Of a DNA stretch of 64,000 nt, positions 44,547-54,867 are shown one piece after another (position 1 is the first letter of the stretch; every line of letters starts with the position of its first letter). The DNA is taken from NCBI GenBank assembly GCA_963841435.1, contig CAWJCS010000001.1, positions 64,001-128,000 of the forward strand. Direction: 5' to 3'. The translations under genes were made by a program, and so were the position numbers. This DNA comes from an uncultured delta proteobacterium. GTDB taxonomy: Bacteria > Myxococcota_A > Polyangia > Polyangiales > Polyangiaceae. The notes under the pieces were generated by a model. It was not told the DNA's origin, searched no databases, and saw only the letters and a program-made list of their open reading frames with translations.

Positions 44547-44981
44547 GTGGCTCCGGTCGCTCGCGTCGGCCTCCTTTCGTCGTGCCTCGCCGCGTGCGCT
44601 ACCGGGCCGGCGCTCGATCCGACCTTTGGGGACGAGATCCACGCGGCGTGTCGCGCACGGATCGAGCGTGGCGACACGCTCACGCGTCGTCGCCGTGACG
44701 TGGGTGTGCTGCCGCGGGGACGCGCAGAACGAACCCGGGTCGTGATCTACGGCGCCGGGTGGTGCAAGGCTTGCCGGATCGCGGCGGACTACCTGAGCCA
44801 GCGCCGGATCCCGTTCGTCGAGTACGACATCGAGGCCGACTCGAGCGCCCAGGCGCGCATGCGGGCGACGCTCGACGCGGCACGGCTAACATACAAGGAT
44901 GTGCTCCCCGTCATCGAGGTTCGGCACACGGTGACCTACGGCTTCATGCCTTGTGTCGTGGAAGCGGCGTGGAGCGGCTAA
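44547..44981 (+). CDS. Glutaredoxin-domain lipoprotein
   Basis: Lipobox-like LAAC; IYGAGWCKAC, FVEYDIE, LPVIEV. Confidence 0.75.
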   Translation: MAPVARVGLLSSCLAACATGPALDPTFGDEIHAACRARIERGDTLTRRRRDVGVLPRGRAERTRVVIYGAGWCKACRIAADYLSQRRIPFVEYDIEADSSAQARMRATLDAARLTYKDVLPVIEVRHTVTYGFMPCVVEAAWSG

Positions 44982-45034
44982 GCCAGCGGTTTCGCCGCGC
45001 CTCGCTGGGCTTCGATTGTGCGGAATGGCGAACG

Positions 45035-45056
45035 GTGTGAGCGAGAGAGCCTCGCT
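45035..45056 (+). promoter_or_regulatory. Possible LysR-type binding site upstream of doxX
   Basis: TTGTGCGGAATGGCGAACGG contains T-N11-A with partial dyad symmetry; a LysR gene is adjacent. Confidence 0.3.
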
Positions 45057-45135
45057 AATCGAGTGCGGCGCGCGTCGTTAGGTTCTGGGTGACTCGCAGC
45101 GGTGTGCTGTCGAGCTTTCCACCCGGAGATCCACC

Positions 45136-45690
45136 ATGACGATGCTACGAGACCAGTCCCTCTCGCCGGCGGCGGGTGCCGTTCGCGAACCGCGCGACAG
45201 TCTGGCTACTTTTGCCCGCAAACTCAGCGCGACGTCCGACGACGCCGCACCCACCGTGGCCCGCCTCGTGCTCGGCGCCGTGCTCTTTCCGCACGGCGCG
45301 CAGCATGCGCTCGGCTGGTTCGGCGGCTACGGTTTCTCGGGGACGCTTGACTGGATGGCGGGCACGCTCGGGTTTCCAGCGCCGCTCGCCGCCATCGGCA
45401 TCGTCACCGAGCTCCTCGCGCCGATCGCATTGCTGTTCGGGCTGGGTGGGCGCGTCGCCGCCGCGCTGCTCGCCGCGCACATGGCCTTTGCCGCGAGCAC
45501 CCACCTCGGCAACGGCTTTTTCATGAACTGGTTCGGCACTCTGGCAACGGGCCAAGAGGGCTTCGAATATCACATCCTCGCGATGGCACTCGCGGCGGTC
45601 GTCGTCATGGCGGGCAGCGGCAGGCTCTCGCTCGACCGGCGGCTCACGCGTGCGTCGCGCCGTGGGGTCGTCACCAGCGCGCCGTCTTGA
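45136..45690 (+). CDS. DoxX family membrane protein
   Basis: RLVLG, HGAQH..GWFGG.G, GFFMNW, GFEYH, GSGRLSLD. Confidence 0.9.
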   Translation: MTMLRDQSLSPAAGAVREPRDSLATFARKLSATSDDAAPTVARLVLGAVLFPHGAQHALGWFGGYGFSGTLDWMAGTLGFPAPLAAIGIVTELLAPIALLFGLGGRVAAALLAAHMAFAASTHLGNGFFMNWFGTLATGQEGFEYHILAMALAAVVVMAGSGRLSLDRRLTRASRRGVVTSAPS

Positions 45691-46588
45691 AGTGGCTGAC
45701 GAGAACATCCACGAAGGCGCGCACCTTCTTCGGAACGCGTCGTGCCCGCGGATAGACGGCGTGGATTCCGAGGCTCGGCGCGTAGAGCGAGTCGAGGACG
45801 ACCACGAGGCGGCCGGCTTCGAGGTCGGAGGCGACCATGAACTTCGGCAGCACGGCGAGCCCCATGCCGGCTACGGCCGCGCGGCGCAGCACGCCGCCGC
45901 TCGCTGCCGAAAGGCGTGGCTCGACGGGGACGGCAAACGGATCCTTCGCGCCGGGCGCCCGAAAGCGCCATTCGTCGGATACTCGCAAGAGCGAGTAGAC
46001 GAGGCAGTCGTGCTTCGTCACCTCTTCGGGGGTGCGTGGCGTGCCTCGCCGCGCGAGGTACTCGGGCGACGCGCAAAGGACCGGCTGATCCGTGGCGAGC
46101 TTGCGCGCGGCGAGGCCCGGCCCCACGAGCCGTGCCGTGATGCGAATCGCCACGTCGATGCCGTCCTCGACGAGGTCGATCGTCGCGTCGCTCAGGCCGA
46201 GCTCGATGCGCACGTTTCGAAACCGTCCCAGGTACGTTGCCATCGGCTCGGCGAGATATTCCTCCGCGAAAACGATCGGTGCGTTCACGCGTAAAACGCC
46301 CCGCGGCTCGTCACCGAGCTCGGAGAACGCCGCCGCAGCGTCGTCGGCCGCCGCCACGACCCTGAGACAGCGCTGGTAGAGCTCCTCGCCATCCGGAGTG
46401 AGCGATAGCTTGCGCGTCGTGCGATGCAGCAGGCGCACGTCGAGCTCACCTTCGAGCGCCGAGATCCTCGCGCTCACGACCGATTTCGCCACACCGAGCT
46501 TGTTGGCCGCCCTGGTGAACGATTTCGCCTCGACGACGCGCGCGAAGGTGATCATCGCGAGGACCTGTTCGCCGGAAGACACCGCCAT
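45671..46588 (-). CDS. LysR family transcriptional regulator (CrgA/DmlR-like)
   Basis: SFTRAA...SVVS..LE..L.VRLLHRTTR, DLVEDGIDVAIR, KVRAFVD. Confidence 0.93.
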   Translation of the reverse strand: MAVSSGEQVLAMITFARVVEAKSFTRAANKLGVAKSVVSARISALEGELDVRLLHRTTRKLSLTPDGEELYQRCLRVVAAADDAAAAFSELGDEPRGVLRVNAPIVFAEEYLAEPMATYLGRFRNVRIELGLSDATIDLVEDGIDVAIRITARLVGPGLAARKLATDQPVLCASPEYLARRGTPRTPEEVTKHDCLVYSLLRVSDEWRFRAPGAKDPFAVPVEPRLSAASGGVLRRAAVAGMGLAVLPKFMVASDLEAGRLVVVLDSLYAPSLGIHAVYPRARRVPKKVRAFVDVLVSHFKTARW

Positions 46589-46682
46589 CGAGCCTTCATA
46601 GCCTCGCGTTCGGGGGCGCGTCGAATCGGCGCGACTTGGACGCGGCGGCGCCGGTCTTTCGTTCCAACGGCGCCTGGCGCGT

Positions 46683-47537
46683 TCAGCGCGCGGGCAGGCG
46701 CGCCTCGAGCCAGCCCTTGATGTCGGCCATCACGAGCTCCTTGCCAACGTCGCTCAAGAGGTCGTGGAAGTGCCCCTCGTAGAGCTTGAGGGCTTTATCC
46801 TTCGAGCCTGCCGCTGCGTAAAATTGCTGGCTCCCGCTGGGCTTCGTGGCTTTGTCAGCCGTGCCGTGCAGGATGAGGAGAGGCAGCTCGATCGAGCCGA
46901 ATCCCTTCTCGAGCAGGTCGTCGGCGCGCACCATCTCGGCGACGGTCTTCGTCGGCTGGACCTCGTGGGCGATCAACGGGTCGGCGTTCATCGCTTCGAC
47001 CACCTTCGGGTCGCGCGAGAACGCCTCATTCGGCAGCTTGAGCACGTGCGCGTGCGGAGCGATGTGGCTGATGCCCTTGAGCACGGCGAGCGCGAAGTCG
47101 GGCGCCGGCACGCGAAAGGCGAAGCTCTCGCAGATGAGCCCCGCGAGCTCCTTCTGGTGCTGGAGCGCATAGACGGAGGCCACCACGCCGCCGGCACTGT
47201 GCCCGAGCAGGAACACGGCCAGGCCCGGCTCGCGAGCCTTGGCAAGCTCGATGAACGTGCCGAGGTCGTCAACGTAGTCGGAAAAGGCGTCCACGTAGAA
47301 TCGCTCGCCGTCGGATTTGCCGCGACCGCGGTGGTCGAGCGCATAGACGGCGTAGCCGCTCCGGACGAGCTCCGTTGCCGTCCAAGCGTAGTAGGCGCTG
47401 TGCGAGTTGAAGCCGTGGCTGAGAACCACGACTGCGCGGGCTGCTCCCTTCGGGCGCCACGCGCGACTGAAGAGATCGAGCCCCTTGGCTCCTCGAAACT
47501 TTTCCTCGCGAGCCTGTTCCAACTCCGTTGTGGTCAT
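46683..47537 (-). CDS. Alpha/beta hydrolase (lysophospholipase/monoacylglycerol lipase-like)
   Basis: HG, DHRGRGKS, GHSAGG, HGTAD, FHD. Confidence 0.9.
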   Translation of the reverse strand: MTTTELEQAREEKFRGAKGLDLFSRAWRPKGAARAVVVLSHGFNSHSAYYAWTATELVRSGYAVYALDHRGRGKSDGERFYVDAFSDYVDDLGTFIELAKAREPGLAVFLLGHSAGGVVASVYALQHQKELAGLICESFAFRVPAPDFALAVLKGISHIAPHAHVLKLPNEAFSRDPKVVEAMNADPLIAHEVQPTKTVAEMVRADDLLEKGFGSIELPLLILHGTADKATKPSGSQQFYAAAGSKDKALKLYEGHFHDLLSDVGKELVMADIKGWLEARLPAR

Positions 47538-47868
47538 GGCGGGAGCATGTTCGCTTTCCGTGTCGAGGGCGTTCCGTTCCGGAGGCGTCCAGCCCCGCAT
47601 CGCCGAGCAAGTTCGTCTCGCCGTGGCCGCGGGCCCCGCCTGCGTGTTAGCTCACCGGCCATGCCGGGCGACGCGCCGGCGCTTTGGGTCGGCCGCCCGT
47701 GCTCGCGATCATGCGCCTCGCATGCTCGTTGCGACGACGCGTCGTGGCGCGCGTCGTCCTTGGAAGAATCCGTCGCCGTCCGACCGTCGGCGCGGCGCGC
47801 GCCTACGCTTGGGCGGCAATCGGAAGCGTGCCTCGGTTGTCGGCACGTTGTAGTGTTCTGACTCGTCC

Positions 47869-49284
47869 TTGCGTTTTACGAGCTTCGTTCCTCTGCTTCT
47901 CGTCGGTCTTTTGCAAGGCTGCGCCGGCGCCGACGATGATGCGACCGGCGCTGGCGGCTCGAGCGCGGCCGGTGCGGCGACGGGCGGCACGGGCAACGGC
48001 GGTGCGGGCGGTCTCGGGGCGGCCGGCGGCATGTCGGGTAGCGTTGCTTCCGGTGGCTCGTCGAGCGGCGGCACCGCGTCGGGTGGTGTCGCGGCACTGG
48101 GTGGGACGGCCGGTGGTTCGGGTCTGGGTGCGGGCGGCGCCGGTGGCTCTTTGGGAGGCGCCGGATCCAGCGGAGCCGGCAGCGGTGGTGCGGCCGGCAC
48201 CGACCCCGCGGGTGGCAGCTCCGGCTCGAGCGTTTCGGGCGGAGCAGGCATGGGAGGCACAGCAGGTTCCGGGGCGGGCGGCGCGACGGGCTCGAGCGGC
48301 GGCGCCGGCGCCACGGGCACACCCGGTGTTCGCATCGTGGGCCGCACGGCCTCCGGCAGCGGCGGCGCCGTGAGGTTCTCCTGGCCGGGCGTCAGCATCC
48401 AGGCGCGCTTCACCGGCACGCAGGTCTCGATCGACTTGAACGACGGCAACAACAAGAATCGCTTCACCGTCGTCGTCGATGGGGGCGCGCCGAAGACCGT
48501 CACGAGCCCCTCCGGACAGGCGTCGCTGTCGCTCGCCTCGGGTCTTTCGACCGGCACGCACGACATCACGATCTGGCGGAACACCGAGGCCGCGATGGGC
48601 ATCACCGAGTTCACGGCGCTCACGGGCTTCGGCACGGGGGGCGAGCTTCTGGCTCCCCCGCCGGCGCCCGAGCGGCGCATCGAGGTGATTGGTGACTCCC
48701 TTTCGGTGGGCGCGGGCGACGAGGGCCCCGGCGTCACCTGCAGTCCCAATATCGACGCGTTCACGAACAACTACCTTGCCTACGGCTCCGTCGCCGCGCG
48801 CAGCGTGAGCGCGGAACTGGTAACGATTGCCTGGTCCGGTATCGGAGTCTATCGGAGCTACTCGTCGAGCGACCCCACGATGCCGGCGCGGTACGACGAT
48901 GCCATCTCGAACGACAAGACACCTTGGGAGTTTTCGAAGTACCAGCCGCACGTCGTCGTCATCAACCTCGGTACGAACGACTTCGGCAGCGGCAACCCGG
49001 GGCAGCCGTACGTGACGGCGTACGTTGACTTCGTCGAGCACGTACGGTCCAAGTACGCGGCAGCAAACTTCATTCTCGTTGACATGTACGGCGGCGAACG
49101 GCAGACGGCGCTCGACAGCGTCGTCTCGGCGCTGAAGGGCGGCGGCGAGTCCAAGGTCGAGACCTTGAGCTTCAGCTCGGTGCCCAACAACAACACGGCT
49201 TGCAATCAGCACCCGAACGTCGCAGCGCAAGAGGCGATGGGGAACCTCCTTTCGGCTCGGCTGAAATCACTCATGGGTTGGTGA
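47869..49284 (+). CDS. SGNH hydrolase, CE2-like carbohydrate esterase lipoprotein with Gly-rich linker
   Basis: Lipobox LQGC; FSWPG, IEVIGDSLSVG, AWSGIG, NLGTND, HP. Confidence 0.85.
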   Translation: MRFTSFVPLLLVGLLQGCAGADDDATGAGGSSAAGAATGGTGNGGAGGLGAAGGMSGSVASGGSSSGGTASGGVAALGGTAGGSGLGAGGAGGSLGGAGSSGAGSGGAAGTDPAGGSSGSSVSGGAGMGGTAGSGAGGATGSSGGAGATGTPGVRIVGRTASGSGGAVRFSWPGVSIQARFTGTQVSIDLNDGNNKNRFTVVVDGGAPKTVTSPSGQASLSLASGLSTGTHDITIWRNTEAAMGITEFTALTGFGTGGELLAPPPAPERRIEVIGDSLSVGAGDEGPGVTCSPNIDAFTNNYLAYGSVAARSVSAELVTIAWSGIGVYRSYSSSDPTMPARYDDAISNDKTPWEFSKYQPHVVVINLGTNDFGSGNPGQPYVTAYVDFVEHVRSKYAAANFILVDMYGGERQTALDSVVSALKGGGESKVETLSFSSVPNNNTACNQHPNVAAQEAMGNLLSARLKSLMGW

Positions 49285-49356
49285 GACGGACGCCAAGTGC
49301 GCTACGGTCGGCGACCGCCCTTTCCGGCGGCTGCGGTCCGTGGCATCTGGGGCCGT

Positions 49357-50496
49357 ATGCGCTTTTCCACCAAGCTCGTGCACGCGGGAGAGCCGCGCCC
49401 TCGCGTCCAGGGCTCGGTCGTGCTGCCGATCTTCCAGAGCTCCACCTACGAATACGAGGGGGCCACGAGCTACCACGACATTCGCTACGTGCGCCTGAGC
49501 AACAGCCCGAATCACGAGTCCGTCGCCGCGAAGCTTGGCGCGCTGGAGGAGACGGAGGCGGCCCTCGTCACGGGCAGCGGCATGGCGGCGATCGCGTCGT
49601 CGCTGCTTGCGCTGCTCGCTCCGGGTGACCATGCCATCGCGCATCGCTGCCTGTACGGCGGGACCCGCAGTTTGTTCACGACCGACCTCGCCACGCTCGG
49701 CATCGAGACCACGTTCGTCGACGCGGAGCGACCCGAGACCTTCGCGGCGGCATTGAAGCCGCACAGCAAGGTGTTCTACGTCGAAGCCATGACCAATCCC
49801 CTGGTCGAGATCGCAGAGCTCGATGCCGTCGTGGCCTTCGCGAGAGAGCACGGCCTCGTCACGCTCATCGACGCGACGCTCGCAACGCCCGTGAATTTTC
49901 GACCGGCGACGCGCGGCTTCGACCTCGTGCTGCACAGCGCCACGAAATACCTGAACGGACACTCGGACATCGCGGCCGGCGCGATCGCGGGGTCACGAGT
50001 GCTCGTCGACCGGGTGAAGCAGAAGCTCGACCACCTGGGCGGCATCCTTGATCCGCACGCTTGCTTCCTGCTGCAACGAGGCATGAAAACGCTCGACCTC
50101 AGGATGGAGCGCCACAACGCGTCGGCGGTCGCGCTCACTCGCTTCCTCGCGACGCACCCCGGCGTGAGCGAGGTCTGTTACCCCGGGCTTCCGAGCCATC
50201 CTGGCCACGCGCGCGCCAAGGCCTGGTTTTCGGGGAGCGGCGGGTTATTCAGCTTCCGACCACGCGGCGGCGTGCGGCACGCCGAGCGGTTTCTCGCGGG
50301 GGTGCGGCTGGCTGCGGCGGCGCCGAGCCTCGGCGGCCCGGAGACGCTCGTGACGCGGCCCTCGATGACGTCGCACGCCGGACAGACGGCCGAGGAGCGC
50401 GCGAGCCTCGGTATCACCGACGACCTCGTGCGCGTCGCCGTGGGGCTCGAGGCCTCCGAGGACCTCATCGAGGATTTCGCGCGCGCGCTGACCTGA
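49357..50496 (+). CDS. PLP-dependent Cys/Met metabolism enzyme (cystathionine or methionine gamma-lyase family)
   Basis: SGMAAI, YGGT, HSATKYLNGHSD, SLGG.E, VGLE...DLIED. Confidence 0.92.
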   Translation: MRFSTKLVHAGEPRPRVQGSVVLPIFQSSTYEYEGATSYHDIRYVRLSNSPNHESVAAKLGALEETEAALVTGSGMAAIASSLLALLAPGDHAIAHRCLYGGTRSLFTTDLATLGIETTFVDAERPETFAAALKPHSKVFYVEAMTNPLVEIAELDAVVAFAREHGLVTLIDATLATPVNFRPATRGFDLVLHSATKYLNGHSDIAAGAIAGSRVLVDRVKQKLDHLGGILDPHACFLLQRGMKTLDLRMERHNASAVALTRFLATHPGVSEVCYPGLPSHPGHARAKAWFSGSGGLFSFRPRGGVRHAERFLAGVRLAAAAPSLGGPETLVTRPSMTSHAGQTAEERASLGITDDLVRVAVGLEASEDLIEDFARALT

Positions 50497-50521
50497 CGCA
50501 GCAGGCCGAGCTCCGCCAGCG

Positions 50522-50638
50522 TCACGTCGAGCCGGAGTCGAGGGCCTCGTTCACTCGCTGGAGCAGCGTGGTCGGATGGTAGGGCTTGCTGAGGAGGCGC
50601 CGCACCCAGCGCCGGGTCGAGTTGACCAAGGGCTCCAT
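50522..50638 (-). pseudogene. 38-aa fragment resembling the C-terminal end of a receiver domain
   Basis: MEPLVNSTRRWVRRLLSKPYHPTTLLQRVNEALDSGST*; LxKP(Y/F)...L...V..AL matches the REC beta5-alpha5 pattern. Confidence 0.45.
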
Positions 50639-50774
50639 CTCCGCCCATCTGGACGAGCGACGCTAACCCGCGCTTCCCGCACTTGCAATCGCGCCTGCCG
50701 GTCGAAAAGTTCTGCGACGCGCTGTAAGCCCGGGCGCGCGCATGCGTTCTCGAGACACAACGGAGGTTTTCCCC

Positions 50775-52439
50775 ATGCGTCACGCTCATCTGGTGTCTCT
50801 CACGCTGCTCGCGACCCTGGCTGTCGGGTGTGGGACGTCTCGCCCCGAGCGGTCGCCCGGGTATCCCGGCGCGCACGCCGAGTTGGTGCCCGCCCCGCCC
50901 GCGCCCAAGCCCGCTTCGGGTGCCGTGGTGGCCGACGGCGAAGAGGCGCCTTCGCCGTCGCCCTCGCTGGTGAACGTGCGCGAAGCGAAGAAGGCCTCGA
51001 ACAGCGAAGCCTACGACCACGTGGTCGACAACGCCTTCGTCTCGCCGGCGCGCGCACCGCTCTCGACCTTCTCGATCGACGTCGATACGGCCTCCTACTC
51101 GAATGTCCGCCGCTTCCTGGCGGAAGGCCAGCTGCCGCCGCCGGACGCCGTGCGCGTCGAAGAGCTCGTCAACTATTTCCCCTACGCCTACCCGGAGCCG
51201 CAGGGCGACGCACCGTTCTCGGTCAGCACCGAGGTATCGAACGCGCCGTGGGCACCGGCGCATCGGCTCGTGCGCATCGGCCTGCAGGGCCGACACCTCG
51301 CCGAGCGCGCGATGCCCTCGCGAAATCTCGTCTTCCTGGTCGACGTATCCGGATCGATGAGTGACGCGAACAAGCTGCCGCTCTTGCAAAGGTCGCTGCG
51401 TGAGCTCGTGGCGACGCTCGGCGAAAAGGATCACGTCGCGCTCGTCGTTTACGCCGGTGCGAGCGGTGTCGTGCTCGAGCCGACGGCGGCGAGCGACCGC
51501 GCGAAGATCACGGATGCGATCGAACGCCTGTCGGCCGGCGGCGGTACCAACGGCGCCGACGGCATCCAGGCCGCGTACGCGCTCGCGGAGCGATCGCTGG
51601 ATCCGAAGGGCATCAATCGCGTGATCCTCGCAACAGACGGCGATTTCAACGTCGGCGTGACGAGCGAAGGGGACCTCGTGCGGCTCATCGAGGGTGAGCG
51701 CAAAAAGGGCGTCTTCCTGACGGTGCTCGGCTTCGGCATGGGGAACATCAAGGACTCGACGCTCGAGAAGCTCGCCGACCACGGCGACGGCAACTACGCC
51801 TATATCGACTCGCTCGCGGAGGCCCGGAAGGTGCTCGTCGAGCAAGGGGGCGCGACGCTCGTCACGATCGCCAAGGACGTGAAGATCCAGGTCGAGATGA
51901 ACCCGTCGCGCGTCGCGGCCTACCGGTTGATCGGCTACGAGAACCGCGTGCTCGCCGCCGAGGATTTCAACGACGACCAGAAGGACGCCGGCGACATCGG
52001 CGCGGGCCACAGCGTGACCGCGCTCTACGAGATCGTGCCACCGGGCGTCCCGATCGAGAAAGGCAGCGTCGACGCGCTCGTCTACCAGGCACCCTCGACG
52101 ACGACCCCGGCGGCGAGAGCATCGAACGATCTCATGACGATCAAGCTCCGCTTCAAGCGCCCGAAGGGCGAGACGAGCGAGCTTCTCTCCACCGTGGTGC
52201 GCGACGACCCGCGCGAGCTCGCGTCGAGCAGCGCCGATTTTCGCTTTGCGAGCGCGGTGGCGGGCTTCGGCATGCTGCTTCGCGACTCACCCAACAAGGG
52301 CGGCATCAGCTCGGGCGCCGTGCGCTCGCTCGCCGAGGGGGCGCTCGGTGCGGACCCCCACGGGTACCGAAGGGGGTTCATCGACCTCGTGACGGCGTTC
52401 GACGGCCTTTCCGGTGGCCACGTCGTGTCGGCCGACTGA
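50775..52439 (+). CDS. YfbK-like VWA domain lipoprotein
   Basis: STFSIDVDTASY, VRVEELVNYF, MIDAS DVSGSM, LATDGDFNVG, IAKDVKIQVE, DAGDIGAGH. Confidence 0.92.
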   Translation: MRHAHLVSLTLLATLAVGCGTSRPERSPGYPGAHAELVPAPPAPKPASGAVVADGEEAPSPSPSLVNVREAKKASNSEAYDHVVDNAFVSPARAPLSTFSIDVDTASYSNVRRFLAEGQLPPPDAVRVEELVNYFPYAYPEPQGDAPFSVSTEVSNAPWAPAHRLVRIGLQGRHLAERAMPSRNLVFLVDVSGSMSDANKLPLLQRSLRELVATLGEKDHVALVVYAGASGVVLEPTAASDRAKITDAIERLSAGGGTNGADGIQAAYALAERSLDPKGINRVILATDGDFNVGVTSEGDLVRLIEGERKKGVFLTVLGFGMGNIKDSTLEKLADHGDGNYAYIDSLAEARKVLVEQGGATLVTIAKDVKIQVEMNPSRVAAYRLIGYENRVLAAEDFNDDQKDAGDIGAGHSVTALYEIVPPGVPIEKGSVDALVYQAPSTTTPAARASNDLMTIKLRFKRPKGETSELLSTVVRDDPRELASSSADFRFASAVAGFGMLLRDSPNKGGISSGAVRSLAEGALGADPHGYRRGFIDLVTAFDGLSGGHVVSAD

Positions 52440-52496
52440 CGGCGCCGGCCTTCGCCCCGCTCGGCAAGATGCTGGGTTTCGAGGAGCTGCCGAGCG

Positions 52497-53164
52497 TCAG
52501 GGGACGTCGCAAGTACCGGGATCACACGAGGGCTCCGTGGCGCAAGGTTGCCGGCACGAGCTCGACACGCCACCTTCGCACGTGACGGTCATCGTGGTGC
52601 CCGGATACGGGATGGCCCCGGTCGCGATGACGTTTCCCTCGGCGTCGCTCCAGCTCGTCGAGGACGATTCGCAGCCCGCGCCCAGGGTCGTGACTCTCGT
52701 GTAGCAAAGCTCCCCGCCGGGCGCGTACACGCGGGCGATGGTTCGATCGCCAGGAGTGCACTGCGTGCCGGCCGCCACGTACTCGTACTCCACGCGCACG
52801 GCGTTCGAGTAGCAAGCTCGGCTCCAGCGGTTCTGAGCATCCGCCTCGTAGACGCACGTGCCCTCGAGGTTGAAGGAGGCCGTGAGGTCCGTGAGGCACG
52901 CTGGGGGAAAGGCCGGTGCGCCACCCGAGCCGGCGCCGCCCCCGCTGACACCCGCCGTGCCGCCGGCCTCGTCGCCCCCGCTGCCGCCGCCCGCGCTGCG
53001 GCAGGCGTCGCGGCGCCGCCCCCGGAGCCGCCGACCGACCCCGCAGCGCCGCCCGTCCCACTGCCCGGCCGTTGCACGCTCGTCCCACCGCAAGCGGCAA
53101 GAACAGCCACGGTGAGACACAGCCCAAAGAGGCTCGAGGGGACGGTCTCGACGTTTCGCACCAT
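52497..53164 (-). CDS. Cys-rich lipoprotein with Gly-rich linker; frameshift near 53005
   Basis: The LAAC lipobox is in one frame and the Cys-rich domain (PACLTD...CYSN...LCY...CDPGTC) is in the adjacent frame. Confidence 0.6.
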
Positions 53165-53302
53165 CGGACGTTGTTCAGACGAAGGGATCGAGCGTCGGTC
53201 TAGCGAGAGAGCTCGGGATCCCCCAGATGGTGACACGCGACTGCGAACAACGCCCGGGCGGCACCGGGGCGCTCCGCCCGCGGCAGCGAGCCGGCCAGCG
53301 GA

Positions 53303-54715
53303 CTAGCTCGCTCGCGCTTTCGGATAGCCGAAAAATCCGCGCTCCTTGATGAGGGCGGCGACGGGCCCCGGGACGAGCGCCTCCCAGGAGCCGTCGGCGG
53401 CGACGATGCGCTCGGCAATGTCCTCGTCGTCGATGTCGAGCCAATCGTCGCTCTCGGCTTCGAGCGCTTCGACGAGACGGCCCTTTCGAAGGTACGTGAG
53501 CAGACTCTGGAGCTCCGGCGCGAGCAGCACGTCGTCGCTCGTGACGAGCGGTCCCTTGGGTTGCTCCCGCGTCGGATAGACGTAAAGGCGCACGTTGCGC
53601 GCGAACAGCCGCCCGAACGCCTCGAGGATGCCGCCACGCAGGTCCTCGTAATAGCGTCGCTCGCACAGCTGCCTGAGCGCCGGCACGCCGAGCGCCAGCC
53701 GGATCGGCTCGTTGGTGTAGCGGCCGAGGTACTCCATCAGCGCGTAGTGCTCGCTGAATCTCGATACGAGGATGGTGCCGCCGAGTGCCGCGAGCGTGTC
53801 CACGCGCGCGAGGAAGTCGCGATGGTCCGGATCGTCGGGACGCCCGATATCGCGCTGCGACAGCTCGAAAAGCGTGAGCAGGTGACCGCCGTTCGGCGCG
53901 AGTTCGGCCGCGAATTTCTCGCTGGCGCGCTCGAGGATCGCCGTGTGCAGTCGGTTGACGGGTCGGAACGCGCCGCGCTCGACGAGCACGGCGCGCTTGT
54001 AGAGCGCATCCGCCGGGTCAATGACCTCGCCGTCCGAGCGGAACAGCGCGGCGTCGGTGAGGCCCTGCTGCACGAGCATCAGGCTGACGATGCGGTTGTC
54101 CACGCCCTCGAACGCGGGCCCGCTGAGCTCGAGCAAATCCACTTCCACGCGTTCGGGAGCGAGCTCGTCGAGGAGCGACCCGAGCAGGTGCTCCGGGTTC
54201 TCGTTCTGGTAAATGGCGCCGTAGACGAGATTCACGCCGACCACGCCCAACGCCTGCTGCTGTCGGATGTTTTCGCGGTCACCGAGGTTCACGTGCATCA
54301 CGATCTGGCTGGGTGCGGCGCGGGGGCGATCCTGGAACCTGACGCCCATCCACCCGTGAGCGTGGTCCGGGTGCGAATGGCTACGCGCGGCGACGGTGTT
54401 CGCGTACGCGAAGAAGCACGTGGCCGCTCCGCGCGACTCGTCGAGCCGCTCGACGACGAGATCGTACTCGTGGTCGAGCATGGCGAGCAATCGTTCACGG
54501 CTGACGTAGCGTTGCGTCGGCCCGTAGTTCGCGTCGGAAAACTTCTGGTCGTACGCCGAAATGGTCTTCGCGACGGTCCCCGCCGCGCCGCCGACCCGGA
54601 AGAACCAGCGCGCGACCTCTTGTCCTGCGCCGATCTCGGCGAACGTGCCGTGATGCCGGCCGTCGAGGTTGATCTCCAGGGTCTTGTCTCCGGTCGAGCT
54701 CGAGCGCGGCTTCAT
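53303..54715 (-). CDS. Conserved protein with CinA/PncC-like N-terminus and nucleotidyltransferase-like C-terminus
   Basis: GTFAEIGAGQEVARWFF.VGGAAGT.AKT.SAYD and ERGAFRPVNRLH (HxGH-like loop). Function unassigned. Confidence 0.7.
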   Translation of the reverse strand: MKPRSSSTGDKTLEINLDGRHHGTFAEIGAGQEVARWFFRVGGAAGTVAKTISAYDQKFSDANYGPTQRYVSRERLLAMLDHEYDLVVERLDESRGAATCFFAYANTVAARSHSHPDHAHGWMGVRFQDRPRAAPSQIVMHVNLGDRENIRQQQALGVVGVNLVYGAIYQNENPEHLLGSLLDELAPERVEVDLLELSGPAFEGVDNRIVSLMLVQQGLTDAALFRSDGEVIDPADALYKRAVLVERGAFRPVNRLHTAILERASEKFAAELAPNGGHLLTLFELSQRDIGRPDDPDHRDFLARVDTLAALGGTILVSRFSEHYALMEYLGRYTNEPIRLALGVPALRQLCERRYYEDLRGGILEAFGRLFARNVRLYVYPTREQPKGPLVTSDDVLLAPELQSLLTYLRKGRLVEALEAESDDWLDIDDEDIAERIVAADGSWEALVPGPVAALIKERGFFGYPKARAS

Positions 54716-54867
54716 GCTTCACCTGTCGGGTCGTTGCGGCGCCGTCCGCGCCGTCGGGGTTCCCACCGGTGCTACTCCAACTCGCCGCGCCACGCCCGCA
54801 GGGCATTGTCGCGCCGCGCGCGGTCTCACCGCTGCCAAAAAGCCGCGCTCGGGCGAGCGCCGTCGGG

